From: an uncultured Candidatus Rokubacteria bacterium
Lineage (GTDB): Bacteria > Methylomirabilota > Methylomirabilia > Rokubacteriales > DASRDR01
Length of the DNA stretch: 64,000 nucleotides
Reading direction: 5' to 3'
Assembly (NCBI GenBank): GCA_963805625.1
Contig: CAWDVE010000019.1
Span: 384,001 to 448,000, forward strand
In this document: piece by piece, positions 49,057 to 59,658 of the stretch
How positions within the stretch are numbered: the first letter of the stretch is position 1
Layout: the number at the start of each line of letters is the position of its first letter
Position numbers and translations under genes: made by a program
The notes under the pieces: model-generated
Database searches by the model: none
Told to the model about the DNA's origin: nothing
The model's input: the letters and a program-made list of their open reading frames with translations, nothing else

Positions 49057-49887
49057 TCAGCGATGTATGGCGCTGATGTTTACCTGTCCCGAATCCTGAA
49101 GAAAGGTCTCGATGGTGGCAAGCGATGTAACGTAAGTCTCGCCGGGGACCGGGACGTCGATGTACTGGAGCATTGGCTTTTCGCCGAAAGGGACTCGTGC
49201 CGTACCGTAACCTTCGATCAACCCGACGAGTCGCCCGGTGACCGCTTCGAACACACCCCCGCCGCTCATCCCGTAGGCCACGGAAGCATCGACCACCAGC
49301 GATGAACCTGCTAGGAGATTGCCATGCTCGTCGAGATTCACTTCGCTGACGATGCCGCTGATGAGGCGGATCTGGCGGCCCCACGGGAACCCCACGATCC
49401 AGATCCGGTCTCCGAGGGCCGGCGGGCGACCGAGCGGAGTTGGCAGACAGCGTGGCGCACGCACACGTAGGAGAGCGAGGTCGACTTGCGCGCTCTCCTT
49501 GCGCGCGACGAGGTGCGCTCGTACCTTCGTGGCGGCCCCCTGGTGGCGATCGAACAGGACGTACGCCTCGTTCTCATCGCCCGCCTTCACGCCAGCGAAC
49601 GTGTGGCCGCTCGAGAGGACCAGGCACTCGGACCCCGTCCCGTCCGGCGTGGCCACGATGACGACGCCCGAGCCGGTCCGGAATCGGTCGCCGTTTCGCT
49701 CGAGCACCACCTGGACCGACGATGCAAGGACGTGCTGTATCACGTCCTTGTCCAGGTGTCTCGCTGGCGGCTCGCCATTCGACGAGCCGGTGGTCGGGGA
49801 GCTTGCTGGTCGGCCGGCGACACAACTCGCGGCGAGAGGCAGGATGGTCACCCAGATTGCCGCGGCACGGACGAACCCTCCCGGCAT
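49057..49887 (-). CDS. Trypsin-like serine protease, probable lipoprotein
   Basis: LAASC lipobox; triad SSGH / DLALL / GMSGGG. Confidence 0.85.
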   Translation of the reverse strand: MPGGFVRAAAIWVTILPLAASCVAGRPASSPTTGSSNGEPPARHLDKDVIQHVLASSVQVVLERNGDRFRTGSGVVIVATPDGTGSECLVLSSGHTFAGVKAGDENEAYVLFDRHQGAATKVRAHLVARKESAQVDLALLRVRAPRCLPTPLGRPPALGDRIWIVGFPWGRQIRLISGIVSEVNLDEHGNLLAGSSLVVDASVAYGMSGGGVFEAVTGRLVGLIEGYGTARVPFGEKPMLQYIDVPVPGETYVTSLATIETFLQDSGQVNISAIHR

Positions 49888-50035
49888 GTCACCTCCTGGA
49901 TTCCGACTTCTCAAGATCCTAGCGCGGCTTGGCCATGGCCTCCAGTGTCCTTCCGAGCCGCGCCGGGCGACGGGCACGCCCGGAGCACCCAGGTTGGATC
50001 GACCGGGCCGCTCCCCGGGCACCACTCGGCCTGGA

Positions 50036-50051
50036 TGGCACGATGCTTGCC
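50036..50051 (+). promoter_or_regulatory. sigma-54 promoter
   Basis: TGGCACGATGCTTGCC, near consensus. Confidence 0.8.
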
Positions 50052-50138
50052 ACAGGGTATCCGGGATGGTTTGCCCAGTCGCCCAGCCAAGACGGGTAGC
50101 GATCAACCCTGCCGCAGGTTCTCTTATGGTTAGGAGGG

Positions 50139-50894
50139 ATGCCCATGACTCCCTGGTTCTTCCTGCTGGCTGCTGTCCTGGCGCTCGCATCGCTGCCCGG
50201 GTGCGCGACGCGTGAGTTCGTCCGGAAGGAGCTTGCCAGCAGCGCGGGCGCGCTCGGGCCGATCGTCGATCGGCTCGCCAGCGACCTCCAAGAGCACCGC
50301 ACGGCGGCGCGGGAGTTCGCGGTCCAGGCGGCGGAGGTACATCGGCTCCAAGAGGAGACGACGCGCGCCGCGATCGAGGCGCTCGGCGTGGCGGACATGG
50401 CGGCCGGCAGGGCGGCCGACGCGGTCGACCACGCTACTATTGCCCTGGCGCGCGCGGACGAGGCCGGTACCGTGGCCGAGCAGGCTTTGACCGAGGCTGA
50501 GGAGACCGCTCGGCGACTGACGCGGCTCTGGCGCGGCCGCGCGAAACTGTCGGTTCGCGAAGCGGTCGTGCTCCGATTCGGTGTGGACGCCTGGGTTCTG
50601 GACGGTCAGGCGCGCGCGGCGGTGCTCGACATCGCGCAGCGGCTTCGCGAGAATCCGACTCTCATCGTCGAGCTGGAGGGTTATACCGACAGTGCCGGCG
50701 CGCCGCCGTACAATCTCCGTCTCAGCCAGCTTCGGGCCGAGGCGGTTGGTCGCTTTCTGGCAGAACTGGGCGTCGAAACGCATCGTTTCCAGACGATCGG
50801 CTTGGGAACTGCCCGCCCAGTCGCCGATAACGGGACCGCGGAAGGTCGACGCCAAAACCGTCGAGTCGTTCTCAGGCTTCTCGACCCATCCTGA
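50139..50894 (+). CDS. OmpA-domain lipoprotein
   Basis: LPGC lipobox, coiled coil, GYTDS..YNLRLSQLRAEAV..NRRV. Confidence 0.92.
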   Translation: MPMTPWFFLLAAVLALASLPGCATREFVRKELASSAGALGPIVDRLASDLQEHRTAAREFAVQAAEVHRLQEETTRAAIEALGVADMAAGRAADAVDHATIALARADEAGTVAEQALTEAEETARRLTRLWRGRAKLSVREAVVLRFGVDAWVLDGQARAAVLDIAQRLRENPTLIVELEGYTDSAGAPPYNLRLSQLRAEAVGRFLAELGVETHRFQTIGLGTARPVADNGTAEGRRQNRRVVLRLLDPS

Positions 50895-50898
50895 CCTA

Positions 50899-50936
50899 GC
50901 CGCCCGGCGCCGGAGTCGGGCGCCGGGCGGGCTTTG
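50899..50936. terminator. Hairpin between convergent genes
   Basis: CCGCCCGGCGCC...GGCGCCGGGCGG followed by GCTTT. Confidence 0.5.
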
Positions 50937-50947
50937 AGAGGTCCGTA

Positions 50948-51244
50948 CTACTTCGTGACCTCCAGGTTGGTGAGGATCTTCTGGCCGTCCCGCTCTTCGT
51001 AAGCGGCCTTCACTGCGGCACCGGGCTTGAGGTCGGCCCGGCTGAACTTGGCCGACTCCGGGATCGTCAGCTTCGTGCCATCATCGAGGGTCAGGCTCTT
51101 TCCCGTCGGGTCGACAGTCATGACCTTGCCTTCGATGGTCTTGGCTGCCGCGGCTGGAGCCTGGGTCTGCGCCATCACAGCGGGCGCGATCACGAGGGCG
51201 CCCAGGACAGCAATCGCCGTTAGGGTTGCGAACAATGCTTTCAT
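50948..51244 (-). CDS. Small periplasmic OB-fold protein (DUF1344-like)
   Basis: Signal peptide; EGKV..VD..LTLDDG..LKPGA.VKAAYEE. Confidence 0.8.
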   Translation of the reverse strand: MKALFATLTAIAVLGALVIAPAVMAQTQAPAAAAKTIEGKVMTVDPTGKSLTLDDGTKLTIPESAKFSRADLKPGAAVKAAYEERDGQKILTNLEVTK

Positions 51245-51309
51245 ACGTCGACCTCCTGCTGGTGTGGTTGTGACGACCGGACACTGCCGACCGTCCACCC
51301 TCGTACCGA

Positions 51310-51325
51310 GGCAAGGGGTATGCCA
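51310..51325 (-). promoter_or_regulatory. sigma-54 promoter
   Basis: Minus strand TGGCATACCCCTTGCC. Confidence 0.75.
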
Positions 51326-51625
51326 CGGTGCCTGACTCGAGCTGCGCGCGTCCTAGCTGCCGTCAACCACGCAAGAGGCCTTGAACTTGAGGACCTCGGC
51401 AGTCGGGAAGAGCGCCCCCGCGCCTCTTTCGTGTAACGCCTACCATGTAAGACTGATCCCGGTGGAAGGCCTGCCCCGGAAGGCGCCTGGAATTCCGGCG
51501 GCGAACACCACAGGATCTTCAAGGTGTTTCACCGGGCCGCTCGGGCCCCTGTCTGGGACGCCGTGCGATCGGGGTGTGTAGCCCTTGCGGATGGCGCTAA
51601 CGTCCGGCGCCGCCAACGCCCTGCT

Positions 51626-52498
51626 ATGATGCGGGACGTGTCCCTTCCGGATGCCCGTGGTGCCGGTTTCCGCGTGCTGGCCGGGGCGGGACTCTGGATC
51701 GTGACCGGGTGCGGCGTCGTCATCGACGAACCGCAGTACGACACGCGGGCGGAGCAGCGGCCGGGCACCTGGGTGCGCCGGCTCGAGACCGAGATCGCGA
51801 ACCTCCGCGGCGCCTATGACGACATGATCGTGAAGGCCACCCCGTCGCAGCGGCGCCGTCTCCCCAGCATCGGATCGGAGCTGTCGCGCCTCGCGGACGC
51901 TGCCACGTCCATGAAGGACGACCTCGACTGGAAGCGCGGCCGGTTCGGGGAGCATCTCTTCCGGGCGGAGTCGCTGGCGACCTCGATCAATCAGCAGCTC
52001 AGCGGCGCGCCCGTCACGTCCGCCGTGCGGACCCACTGGCGGGACACCGCCTACGCTCTGGGAGCCGTGCGGGAGTTCTACCGAACGGTGGGCTCGGAGC
52101 GACTCTACGAGGTCGAGGACGATCCCCGGGGTGTCGTGCGGCTCCGTACCGGTGCCCAGAAGAGCGAGGACTACGACGCATCGTTCGAGATCGACCAGGT
52201 GCGCCGGGGCTACGACCAGGTGATGAAGGCGTGGCGGGACACGCCGGCTCGCCGGACGGGGGCCGGGTGGACGGGTCAGCTCGAGCGGGAGCTCGCCTCG
52301 CTGGGCGACCCCGTGAGCGCGCTGACGCGCGTCAACACGAACGAGCGGGCGGCCGTGGCGCCCGCGGCCGAGCGCGTCCGCCAGCAGGTCGAGCGGGTGC
52401 GCCCCCTCGTCCAGGCGCGCGAGGCGGAGCTGCCGCGCGCTCTGCTCGAAGGATGGCAGCAGATGTCCGGCTGGGCTCAGTCTCTCGGCAAGCCCTGA
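51626..52498 (+). CDS. Hypothetical helical lipoprotein
   Basis: VTGC lipobox, strong GC3 coding pattern, helical body; start uncertain. Confidence 0.7.
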   Translation: MMRDVSLPDARGAGFRVLAGAGLWIVTGCGVVIDEPQYDTRAEQRPGTWVRRLETEIANLRGAYDDMIVKATPSQRRRLPSIGSELSRLADAATSMKDDLDWKRGRFGEHLFRAESLATSINQQLSGAPVTSAVRTHWRDTAYALGAVREFYRTVGSERLYEVEDDPRGVVRLRTGAQKSEDYDASFEIDQVRRGYDQVMKAWRDTPARRTGAGWTGQLERELASLGDPVSALTRVNTNERAAVAPAAERVRQQVERVRPLVQAREAELPRALLEGWQQMSGWAQSLGKP

Positions 52499-52557
52499 CC
52501 GCCGCCCCGGGGCGGCTCGGCCATCGGAACCATCGGCATCCGACAGGAGGAAGCGGC

Positions 52558-53316
52558 ATGAGCTCGAACGACAAGGTCGCGATCGTCACCGGCGCGGGAA
52601 GCGGCATCGGCAAGGCCGTGGCGGTGACGTTGCTGAAGCACGGCTACTCGGTCGCGCTGGCGGGGCGTCGCGCGGACGCCCTCGCACAGGCCGTCCGGGA
52701 CGCCGGTGATGCCGGCTCGCGGGCGCTCGCTGTGGCGACCGACGTGGGCAGCCCGGCGTCCGTGCGGGCGCTCTTCGACCGCGCCAAGGAGCGATTCGGC
52801 CGGCTGGATCTGCTATTCAACAACGCCGGCACGGGTGCCCCCGGCATTCCGCTCGAGGACCTGACCTTCGAGCAGTGGCAGAACGTCGTCAACGTCAACC
52901 TCACGGGCGTCTTCCTGTGCACGCAGGAGGCGATCCGGATCATGAAGGCGCAGACGCCGCGCGGCGGGCGGATCATCAACAACGGCTCGATCTCCGCCCA
53001 CACGCCGCGGCCGAATTCGGCGCCGTATACGGCGACCAAGCACGCGGTCACCGGCCTCACCAAGTCGACGGCGCTCGACGGGCGGAGATACGACATCGCA
53101 TGCGGGCAGATCGACATCGGGAACGCGCTCACCGAGATGGCCGCCCGCATGGCGAAGGGCGTGCTGCAGGCGAACGGGGAAGTCGCCGTGGAGCCGCTGA
53201 TGGACGTCCAGCACGTCGCGGACGCGGTCGTTCACATGGCGAGCCTGCCGCTGGACGCGAACGTGCTCTTCCTAACCATCATGGCGACGAAGATGCCGTT
53301 CGTCGGGCGCGGCTGA
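52558..53316 (+). CDS. SDR-family oxidoreductase
   Basis: [18 protein letters not shown]. Confidence 0.95.
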   Translation: MSSNDKVAIVTGAGSGIGKAVAVTLLKHGYSVALAGRRADALAQAVRDAGDAGSRALAVATDVGSPASVRALFDRAKERFGRLDLLFNNAGTGAPGIPLEDLTFEQWQNVVNVNLTGVFLCTQEAIRIMKAQTPRGGRIINNGSISAHTPRPNSAPYTATKHAVTGLTKSTALDGRRYDIACGQIDIGNALTEMAARMAKGVLQANGEVAVEPLMDVQHVADAVVHMASLPLDANVLFLTIMATKMPFVGRG

Positions 53317-54041
53317 CCCCGCCCTTCCTCCGGCACGTCAGGTAAAGGACGACAGGGCGGGAGGCGCCAGCCGGCGGTCCAACTGGCCTTCCCGCCCTGT
53401 CTCGTGAGCCGTCTGGCTCGGCTGCCGACTACTTCTTGCTCGGGTCGTCCGCCGGGTTCACGTAGAGCACGGCGATCTTTGTCGGAATTCACTCGGACAG
53501 AGGCGCTGGCCTGGGTTCGGATGAGTCGCACGAGCACGTGTCCGGTCTCGTCCAGGAGCCAGAGAGTGTCGCCTTCCTGGTGGTAGGTTCGGATTGCCCC
53601 GAGCGCCACGACGAACCGGCGCTCCTGGTCCATGACTGCAGGAGGGCAGGCGCGGCGGGTCATGGCGATGTCGCCCAGCCGGAGCGTCGACCCGGCGACG
53701 TGAAGTGGCGCAACGTAGCGGTTGCAGCCGGTCGAGCCGACCGCCTGCGCCCGGCCGTCGAACATGATCGTCGAGGCGACCCCGTCGACGACGCGCTGGC
53801 CGTCGATCTCGTCGGCGACCCATACCGTCCCGGCGAGCGGGAGTGCCCCGGACGGCGTCGAGGTGGGAGACGTCACCGGCGCCGACGGCCTGGCCGTCTC
53901 GCAGCCGAGCACGGCCAGCCACGAGACGAGCACCAAGGTCGCCGCGCCCCGGCGTGTCGTCGTCCAGGCGCCCGGCCGCTTCGCTTGTTCGTCATGTCGT
54001 GGTTCCGGCTGCCCCGTCGGGCGGCGAGGGCTCGGTCTCAT
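53232..54041 (-). CDS. META/HslJ-domain lipoprotein with aberrant 3' end
   Basis: VLGC lipobox; [24 protein letters not shown]; tail reads into the convergent SDR gene. Confidence 0.8.
   Translation of the reverse strand: MRPSPRRPTGQPEPRHDEQAKRPGAWTTTRRGAATLVLVSWLAVLGCETARPSAPVTSPTSTPSGALPLAGTVWVADEIDGQRVVDGVASTIMFDGRAQAVGSTGCNRYVAPLHVAGSTLRLGDIAMTRRACPPAVMDQERRFVVALGAIRTYHQEGDTLWLLDETGHVLVRLIRTQASASVRVNSDKDRRALREPGGRPEQEVVGSRARRLTRQGGKASWTAGWRLPPCRPLPDVPEEGRGQPRPTNGIFVAMMVRKSTFASSGRLAM
53429..53490 (-). pseudogene. C-terminal remnant of a probable cupin-domain gene
   Basis: Minus frame [15 protein letters not shown], resembling the YVNPADDP tail of secreted cupins (recall, unverified). Confidence 0.45.
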
Positions 54042-54363
54042 GTCTCGTTCCTGGAAGGGGGTGGTCGATCCCGTGATCGGAGGCGCCTGCCACCCCACGG
54101 TATCATGGCGTCGATGGGACGATCCGTGCTCGCGCGCCCGTGCTCGGCGTCGTTCTCCTGCTCGCCGGTTGCTCCGCAGCGCGGCCGGCGTGGCTCGAGC
54201 AGGAGAGCGAAACCTGCTTCCGCTCGCGATCGGTGATCCGTTCGGGATCCCTGCTGGCGGTTTCGGCGCGTGGTGCCCGATCGGTGAACAGAGCGCCCGT
54301 ACCCGTCGCTCGTGAACGCGGGCGCGAACGGACCGACGCATTGACGACGGAAGGAGCGGCGGT

Positions 54364-56022
54364 ATGAGTCGACGCACCCACGCAATCCTCGGCATCCTCT
54401 CGATCGCGCTCGCGGGCTGCTCGGGCCAGTCGGGCGTACACCGCCACGCCGGGCCAGGCGCGGCGCCGGCGCCGATGATCCTCGAAGGTCTCGGGAGCTA
54501 CCACCAGGGCGTCACGACGAGCTCGCCCGAGGCCCAGGCGTTCTTCGACCAGGGCCTGCGGCTCGTCTACGCCTTCAACCACATCGAGGCGGAGTACGCG
54601 TTCCGCGAGGCGACACGGCTCGATCCGGCGTGCGCGATGTGCTACTGGGGCATCGCCCTCACGCAGGGGTCGAACTACAACAGCCCGACCGACGCCGAAC
54701 GGGAGAAGGTGGCCTACGCGGCGATCCAGGAGGCTCTTCGCCGGGTGGACCGGGCGACGCCGCGCGAGCGGGCGACCATCGAGGCGCTCGCGAAGCGTCA
54801 CTCGACGGCGCCGGGCGCCGAGCGCGCGGCGCTCGACCGCGCCTACGCCGACGCCATGCGCGAGGTGACGCGGCGGTTCCCCGACGACCTCGACGCCGCC
54901 ACGCTCCTCGCCGACGCCCTCATGAACCTACGGCCGTGGGACCTGTGGAAGCCGGACGGCAGCATGCAGCCGGAGACCCCGGAGATCCTCGCGACCCTGG
55001 AACGCGTGATCCGTGCGAACCCGGCCCATCCGGGCGGGCTCCATCTGTATATCCACGCCGTCGAGGGCGGCCCCGACCCGGGGCGGGGCGAGATGGCGGC
55101 CGATCGCCTCGGGCCCCTCATGCCCGGGGCCGGCCATCTCGTCCACATGCCCGCCCATATCTACTGGCGCGTCGGCCGCTACGAGGACGCCGTCCAGGCG
55201 AACGTCCGCGCGGTCAAGGCCGACCAGGCCTACTTCGCGAAGCGGCAGCCGAGCCCCATCTACCGCGGACTCTACTACCCGCACAACATCGATTTCATCT
55301 GGCAGTCGGCCAGCATGGAGGGCCGCGCCGCCGAGACGATCCGGGCGGCGCGCGAATTCGCCGACGCCGCGCCCCTCGCCATGGTCCGCGAGATGCCGGA
55401 CATGGAGACCGCGCCCGCCGCGCCGTTCTTCGCGTTGGCGCGCTTCGGGCGCTGGGAGGAGATCCTTCGCCAGCCCGCGCCGCCCGCGGAATTTCCCTAC
55501 GTCACCGGCGCCTGGCACTACGCGCGCGGCCTCGCGTTCATCGCGACGGGGCGCCGCGCCGAAGCCGAGGCGGAGCTCGAGGCGATCCGGCGGATCTCCG
55601 CCGGTGTGCCGGCCGAGCGGACGCTCGCGGGTTTCTTCAAGACGAAGGCCATCCTCGACCTCGCCGACAACGTGCTTACGGGGGAGATCGCCGCGCGGAC
55701 GGGCCAAACGGACGTGGCAGTCAGGCATTTGCTCGCCGCCGTGGCGGAGCAGGATGGCCACTGGTTCACCGAGCCACCCGTCTGGTACTTCCCGGTCCGG
55801 CAGTCGCTCGGCGCGGCCCTTCTTGCTGGCGACCGTCCGGTCGAGGCCGAGGCCGTGTACCGGGACGACCTCAAGCGGAATCCCGACAACGGATGGTCGC
55901 TCTTCGGGCTCGTCCGGAGTCTCCAGGCCCAGGGCAAGACGGCCGACGCCGCGGCGGTCGAGGCGCGCCTCCAGAAGGCTTGGGCTCACGCTGACGTGAC
56001 GCTGTCGGCGTCGCGGTTCTGA
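54364..56022 (+). CDS. TPR-like lipoprotein with His-rich motifs
   Basis: LAGC lipobox; QAFFDQGL..FNH, HPGGLHLYIH, GHLVHMPAHIY, YPHN. Confidence 0.85.
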   Translation: MSRRTHAILGILSIALAGCSGQSGVHRHAGPGAAPAPMILEGLGSYHQGVTTSSPEAQAFFDQGLRLVYAFNHIEAEYAFREATRLDPACAMCYWGIALTQGSNYNSPTDAEREKVAYAAIQEALRRVDRATPRERATIEALAKRHSTAPGAERAALDRAYADAMREVTRRFPDDLDAATLLADALMNLRPWDLWKPDGSMQPETPEILATLERVIRANPAHPGGLHLYIHAVEGGPDPGRGEMAADRLGPLMPGAGHLVHMPAHIYWRVGRYEDAVQANVRAVKADQAYFAKRQPSPIYRGLYYPHNIDFIWQSASMEGRAAETIRAAREFADAAPLAMVREMPDMETAPAAPFFALARFGRWEEILRQPAPPAEFPYVTGAWHYARGLAFIATGRRAEAEAELEAIRRISAGVPAERTLAGFFKTKAILDLADNVLTGEIAARTGQTDVAVRHLLAAVAEQDGHWFTEPPVWYFPVRQSLGAALLAGDRPVEAEAVYRDDLKRNPDNGWSLFGLVRSLQAQGKTADAAAVEARLQKAWAHADVTLSASRF

Positions 56023-56365
56023 GCGTTACCCGCGCGGTCGCACGGAGAGGATTCCTGTTGCAGTCGTGATCCCCGTGGGGCGGCGTGCGCCGCCCACGGG
56101 GATCGTTCGGTCTGGCGGCTCTCCCTCCGGTCCGCTGGGCCCGCCCATGATCCCGGGACCCGTCCGTAGCCGAGGAGGCCGTCATTCGAGCACGCCTCCC
56201 AGGGTTTCGGGGGTTCAGCCGGAATCTGTAAGGATTTCCCCATCTTGCTATCCGAACCACGGCATCCGACCCTGCGTGTCGGGCCGGGAGCAACCGATTG
56301 CCGATGCTGGAGAATCGGGATCGGCGCCCCGGTCGATGGTGTGGATCCGAGACGGGAGGGGTCGA

Positions 56366-56470
56366 ATGCGGGTGTTGCTGCTCGGGGTGGGGGGGGGGTT
56401 CATCGGCTCGCACCTGGTCGACCGGTTACTCCGCGACTCCAGTTACGTCGTCGAGGGGCTCGATCTTACC
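56366..56470 (+). pseudogene. 5' remnant of ArnA-like NAD-dependent epimerase/decarboxylase
   Basis: MRVLLLGVGGGFIGSHLVDRLLRDSSYVVEGLD Rossmann motif then ends. Confidence 0.75.
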
Positions 56471-56883
56471 GGGCACAACGTGAAGATCGCCGCGGCCATC
56501 AGGGCAGCCGCGCGATCGCGCGTCAGGCGGATGGCGACGGCGTACATGGCCCAGCCCGAGAGCGCCCAGAAGAGGATCAGCGTCACGTTGTAGGCGAGCA
56601 CCGGGTTGCCGGTCATCGCATGAATGGGTCCGGCCAGGAGAGCCGGCGTGAAGAGCGGCTCGCTGAAGGTGAGGCTCAGCCCGACGGGGTGGAAGGTGTT
56701 GCCCTGCATGAGGGCGTGAGGCTGCGTCACGAGATTCTGGAAGGCCGTGACCATCGCCCAGGTGAGGACGCGCGCGTCGGGGTTGTCTGGATACAGGTGA
56801 GCGAGGTCGGTCACGAGCGGCCAGGTGTAGAGGACGACCACGCCCAGCAAGAGGACGAAGACCCCGAGGTGGGCCCGTCTCAT
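56443..56883 (-). pseudogene. 5' remnant of a multi-TM GT-C/YfhO-like membrane protein
   Basis: LYTWPL..D..LTW..NTFHP..LTFSE..PVLAYN..LSGWAMY..AAIFT; truncated at the same junction as the epimerase. Confidence 0.6.
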
Positions 56884-56952
56884 CGTCTCTCGTACACCGG
56901 GCTGGCCGGTCGCCGCCAGCCGATCAAATGCCAGCCGGTCAACGCCACAGGG

Positions 56953-57792
56953 TCAACGGAGCAGGGCGGCGTGCTGGTCGAGGAGGGGCAGGACACGCTC
57001 GCGTCCCTCGGAGGGCAGTGGGAGGACGACGCGGTCGATCCCGGCCGCCCGGTACCGGTCGAGGGTGGGGGAGTCGGTCTTGCCTCCGAACACGGACACC
57101 GAGATGGTCTTCGGGTCGCGTCCGGCGCGCGCGGCCTGGGTCCGGAGATCCTCGAGTTGGGTCAGGATCGCGTCGGCGCCCGCACGTCCGCGCGGGAACC
57201 AGCCGTCGCAGAACTCGACAACGCGTCGGAGCGTGTGCGGCCCCTCGCCGCCCAGGAGGACGGGCGGGTGCGGCTGCTGGGCCGGCTTGGGATAGGACCA
57301 GATGCGGTCGAAGCGGACGAACTCCCCGTGGAACTCCGCCTCGTCCTTCGTCCAGATCTCCTTCATGGCCAGTACCCGCTCGCGCATCACGCGGAAGCGC
57401 GTCGGGAAGGCGGTCCCATGATGCTCGATCTCCTCGACGTTCCAGCCGGCGCCCACGCCGAAGAGGAAGCGCCCGTTGGACAGGAAGTCGAGGCTGGCCA
57501 CCTCCTTCGCGGTGACGATCGGGTCGTGCTGGATCACCAGGCAGATGCCGGTGCCGAGGCGAAGCCGCGACGTCACGGCTGCCGCCGCCGCGAGCCCGAC
57601 GAAGGGGTCCAGTGTGTGCGAATACTCCTTCGGGAGAGGTCCGCCGCCCGGCCAGGGGGTGCGGCGGCTCACCGGGATGTGGGTGTGCTCGCTCACGAAA
57701 AGTGACTCGAAGCCACGCTCCTCGAGGGCTCGGGCCAGCTCGTCGACGCGGATCGAGTACTCGGTCGGGAAGATGAAGGCGCCGATCTGCAT
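56953..57792 (-). CDS. LLM-class (putative F420-dependent) oxidoreductase
   Basis: EERGFESLFVSEHTHIP, LDPFV, GVGAGWNVEE, HPPVLLGG. Confidence 0.92.
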   Translation of the reverse strand: MQIGAFIFPTEYSIRVDELARALEERGFESLFVSEHTHIPVSRRTPWPGGGPLPKEYSHTLDPFVGLAAAAAVTSRLRLGTGICLVIQHDPIVTAKEVASLDFLSNGRFLFGVGAGWNVEEIEHHGTAFPTRFRVMRERVLAMKEIWTKDEAEFHGEFVRFDRIWSYPKPAQQPHPPVLLGGEGPHTLRRVVEFCDGWFPRGRAGADAILTQLEDLRTQAARAGRDPKTISVSVFGGKTDSPTLDRYRAAGIDRVVLPLPSEGRERVLPLLDQHAALLR

Positions 57793-58032
57793 GCTCTGCC
57801 TCCTCGGAGCGGATGTGTTGACGTCGAAGCCGAGCCCCTCTTCCGCGCGCGGAGATCGGGGGTCGACCCGCCATACTCTCTCACGGTCGGCGTCCGGCCG
57901 TGCGTCACGACCGGTCGCCGGGCTGCCGCGGCGCGGCCCTGCCTTGACTTGGCGGGAGGGGCTGCCGAGAATGGCGCCGTCACGGTGTCGGAGCCCGAAA
58001 GTGCCCAACTCGCCAAGACCGGGAGGTTCCTG

Positions 58033-59595
58033 ATGCGCCTCGGAAGCCCAGTTCGTACCGCCCTGACCCTGCTCGCGAGCGCCCTCGTCGCCGTCGTCGC
58101 CCCGGCGCCCGGCGAGGCGAAGGTGCTCCGAACGAACCTCCGCGCGGACCCGGCGATGGTCGACCCCGTCACGTACTCGGAGCTGGTGGCCGGGGACGTG
58201 ATGAAGAATCTCTACGAGGGGTTCACGGAGATCGACAAGGACGGGAACGTCGTCCCGGCGCTGGCGGTCCGGTGGGAGGCCAACCCCGACAACAAGGGCT
58301 TCCGCTTCCACCTCCGGAAAGGGGTCAAGTTCCACAGCGGGCGCGAGTTCACGGCGAAGGACGTCAAGTGGACCTTCGAGCAGATCCTCCTGCCCGGCAA
58401 CAAGGGTGGGCTCACGCTCACCTACCTCAAGGTGCTGGAGGGGGCGCAGGAGATCCAGGAGGGCAAGACGACGCAGCTCTCGGGCGTCAAGGTGGTCGAC
58501 CCCTACACGGTCGACGTGCGGTTCACGCGGGCTGACGTGCTGTTCCCGATCTACCCCTTCCAGTTCATGGACAGCGGGATCGTTGCGCAGCACGGCGCCG
58601 ACTGGCCCACGAAGGTCTCGGCCGGCACCGGACCGTTCAAGTTCGTGCACTGGAAGCGCGGGCAGGAGGTCCGGCTGGCGGCCCACAAGGACTACTGGGG
58701 GCAGGTGCCCTCCGTCGACGAGGTCTCGATGCTCATCGTGCCGAGCTTCGACACCGCCGTCTCGATGTACGAGGCCAACGAGCTAGACGTGGTGGACCTC
58801 GAGGTCATCCAGGCGCGGCGCGTGCTGAAGGATCCGAAGTTCAAGGACGAGATCCTGGCCGTGCCGGCGGCGCAGATCCGCTACCTCGGCATGAACCAGA
58901 ACCTCTACGCTCCGTTCAAGGACAAGCGTGTCCGCGAGGCGATCTGCCTCTCGTTCGATCGCGAAGGGCTGGTCAGAGGTCTCTACGGCGGCGCCGGCGC
59001 GCCGCTCTACGGCCAGATCACGCCCGGCGTCGCCGGGTACAACCCGAACGTGAAACCCATCCCGTACGATCCGGCCCGGGCGAAGCAGCTCATGGCCGAT
59101 GCCGGCTACCCGGACGGCAAGGGTCTCCCGCCGTTGAAGATCACCTGTGAGCCGAACTTCAAGGACGAGCTTGCCTACTACGCCGACCAGTTCAAGAAAG
59201 TGCTCGGGATGCCGGTCGAGATGGAGATCCAGGAGCGGGGGACCTTCATCAAGCGGATGAACGCCGGCGAGGTGCCGTTCTTCCCCTGGGGGTGGACCGC
59301 CGACTACCCGGACGCAATGTATTTCCTGTCCCAGGTCTGGTACGGTCCGAGCCCGTACAACCGGGCCCGCTGGAAGAACGCCGAGTTCGACCAGCTCATC
59401 GATCGCGCCCAGGGGACTGCCGACGCGCAGGCGCGGTACAAGCTCTACCACACGGCCGAGCAGGTCCTGCTCGCGGACTGGGGCACCTGCCCGCTCGTCG
59501 TCCGCATGCAGATCGCGCTCCGGAAGCCGAACGTCCAGGGAGTGCGCCTCACGCCCTTCCGGTTCCTGCCGTTCAACACTGTCACGCTCAACTGA
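58033..59595 (+). CDS. Peptide/nickel ABC substrate-binding protein
   Basis: NLYEG, PALA..W, LRKGVKFH, GTGPFKF, PFKDKRVREA, WTADYPD. Confidence 0.93.
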   Translation: MRLGSPVRTALTLLASALVAVVAPAPGEAKVLRTNLRADPAMVDPVTYSELVAGDVMKNLYEGFTEIDKDGNVVPALAVRWEANPDNKGFRFHLRKGVKFHSGREFTAKDVKWTFEQILLPGNKGGLTLTYLKVLEGAQEIQEGKTTQLSGVKVVDPYTVDVRFTRADVLFPIYPFQFMDSGIVAQHGADWPTKVSAGTGPFKFVHWKRGQEVRLAAHKDYWGQVPSVDEVSMLIVPSFDTAVSMYEANELDVVDLEVIQARRVLKDPKFKDEILAVPAAQIRYLGMNQNLYAPFKDKRVREAICLSFDREGLVRGLYGGAGAPLYGQITPGVAGYNPNVKPIPYDPARAKQLMADAGYPDGKGLPPLKITCEPNFKDELAYYADQFKKVLGMPVEMEIQERGTFIKRMNAGEVPFFPWGWTADYPDAMYFLSQVWYGPSPYNRARWKNAEFDQLIDRAQGTADAQARYKLYHTAEQVLLADWGTCPLVVRMQIALRKPNVQGVRLTPFRFLPFNTVTLN

Positions 59596-59620
59596 CCGCA
59601 CGTGCGCGGTTCGCGCCTCC

Positions 59621-59658
59621 GAGCCCCTCTCCCCCGGTGGCCACCGGAGGGGCGGCTC
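59621..59658. other. Intercistronic stem-loop after the SBP gene
   Basis: GAGCCCCT..CCGGTGGCCACCGG..AGGGGCGGCTC. Confidence 0.45.

Noticed and set aside
51458-51536. Potential multi-stem RNA (CCCGGTGGAA...TTTCACCGGG) upstream of the lipoprotein gene
   Set aside because: No match to a riboswitch I can recognise; such stems are common at this GC content; needs Infernal/covariation
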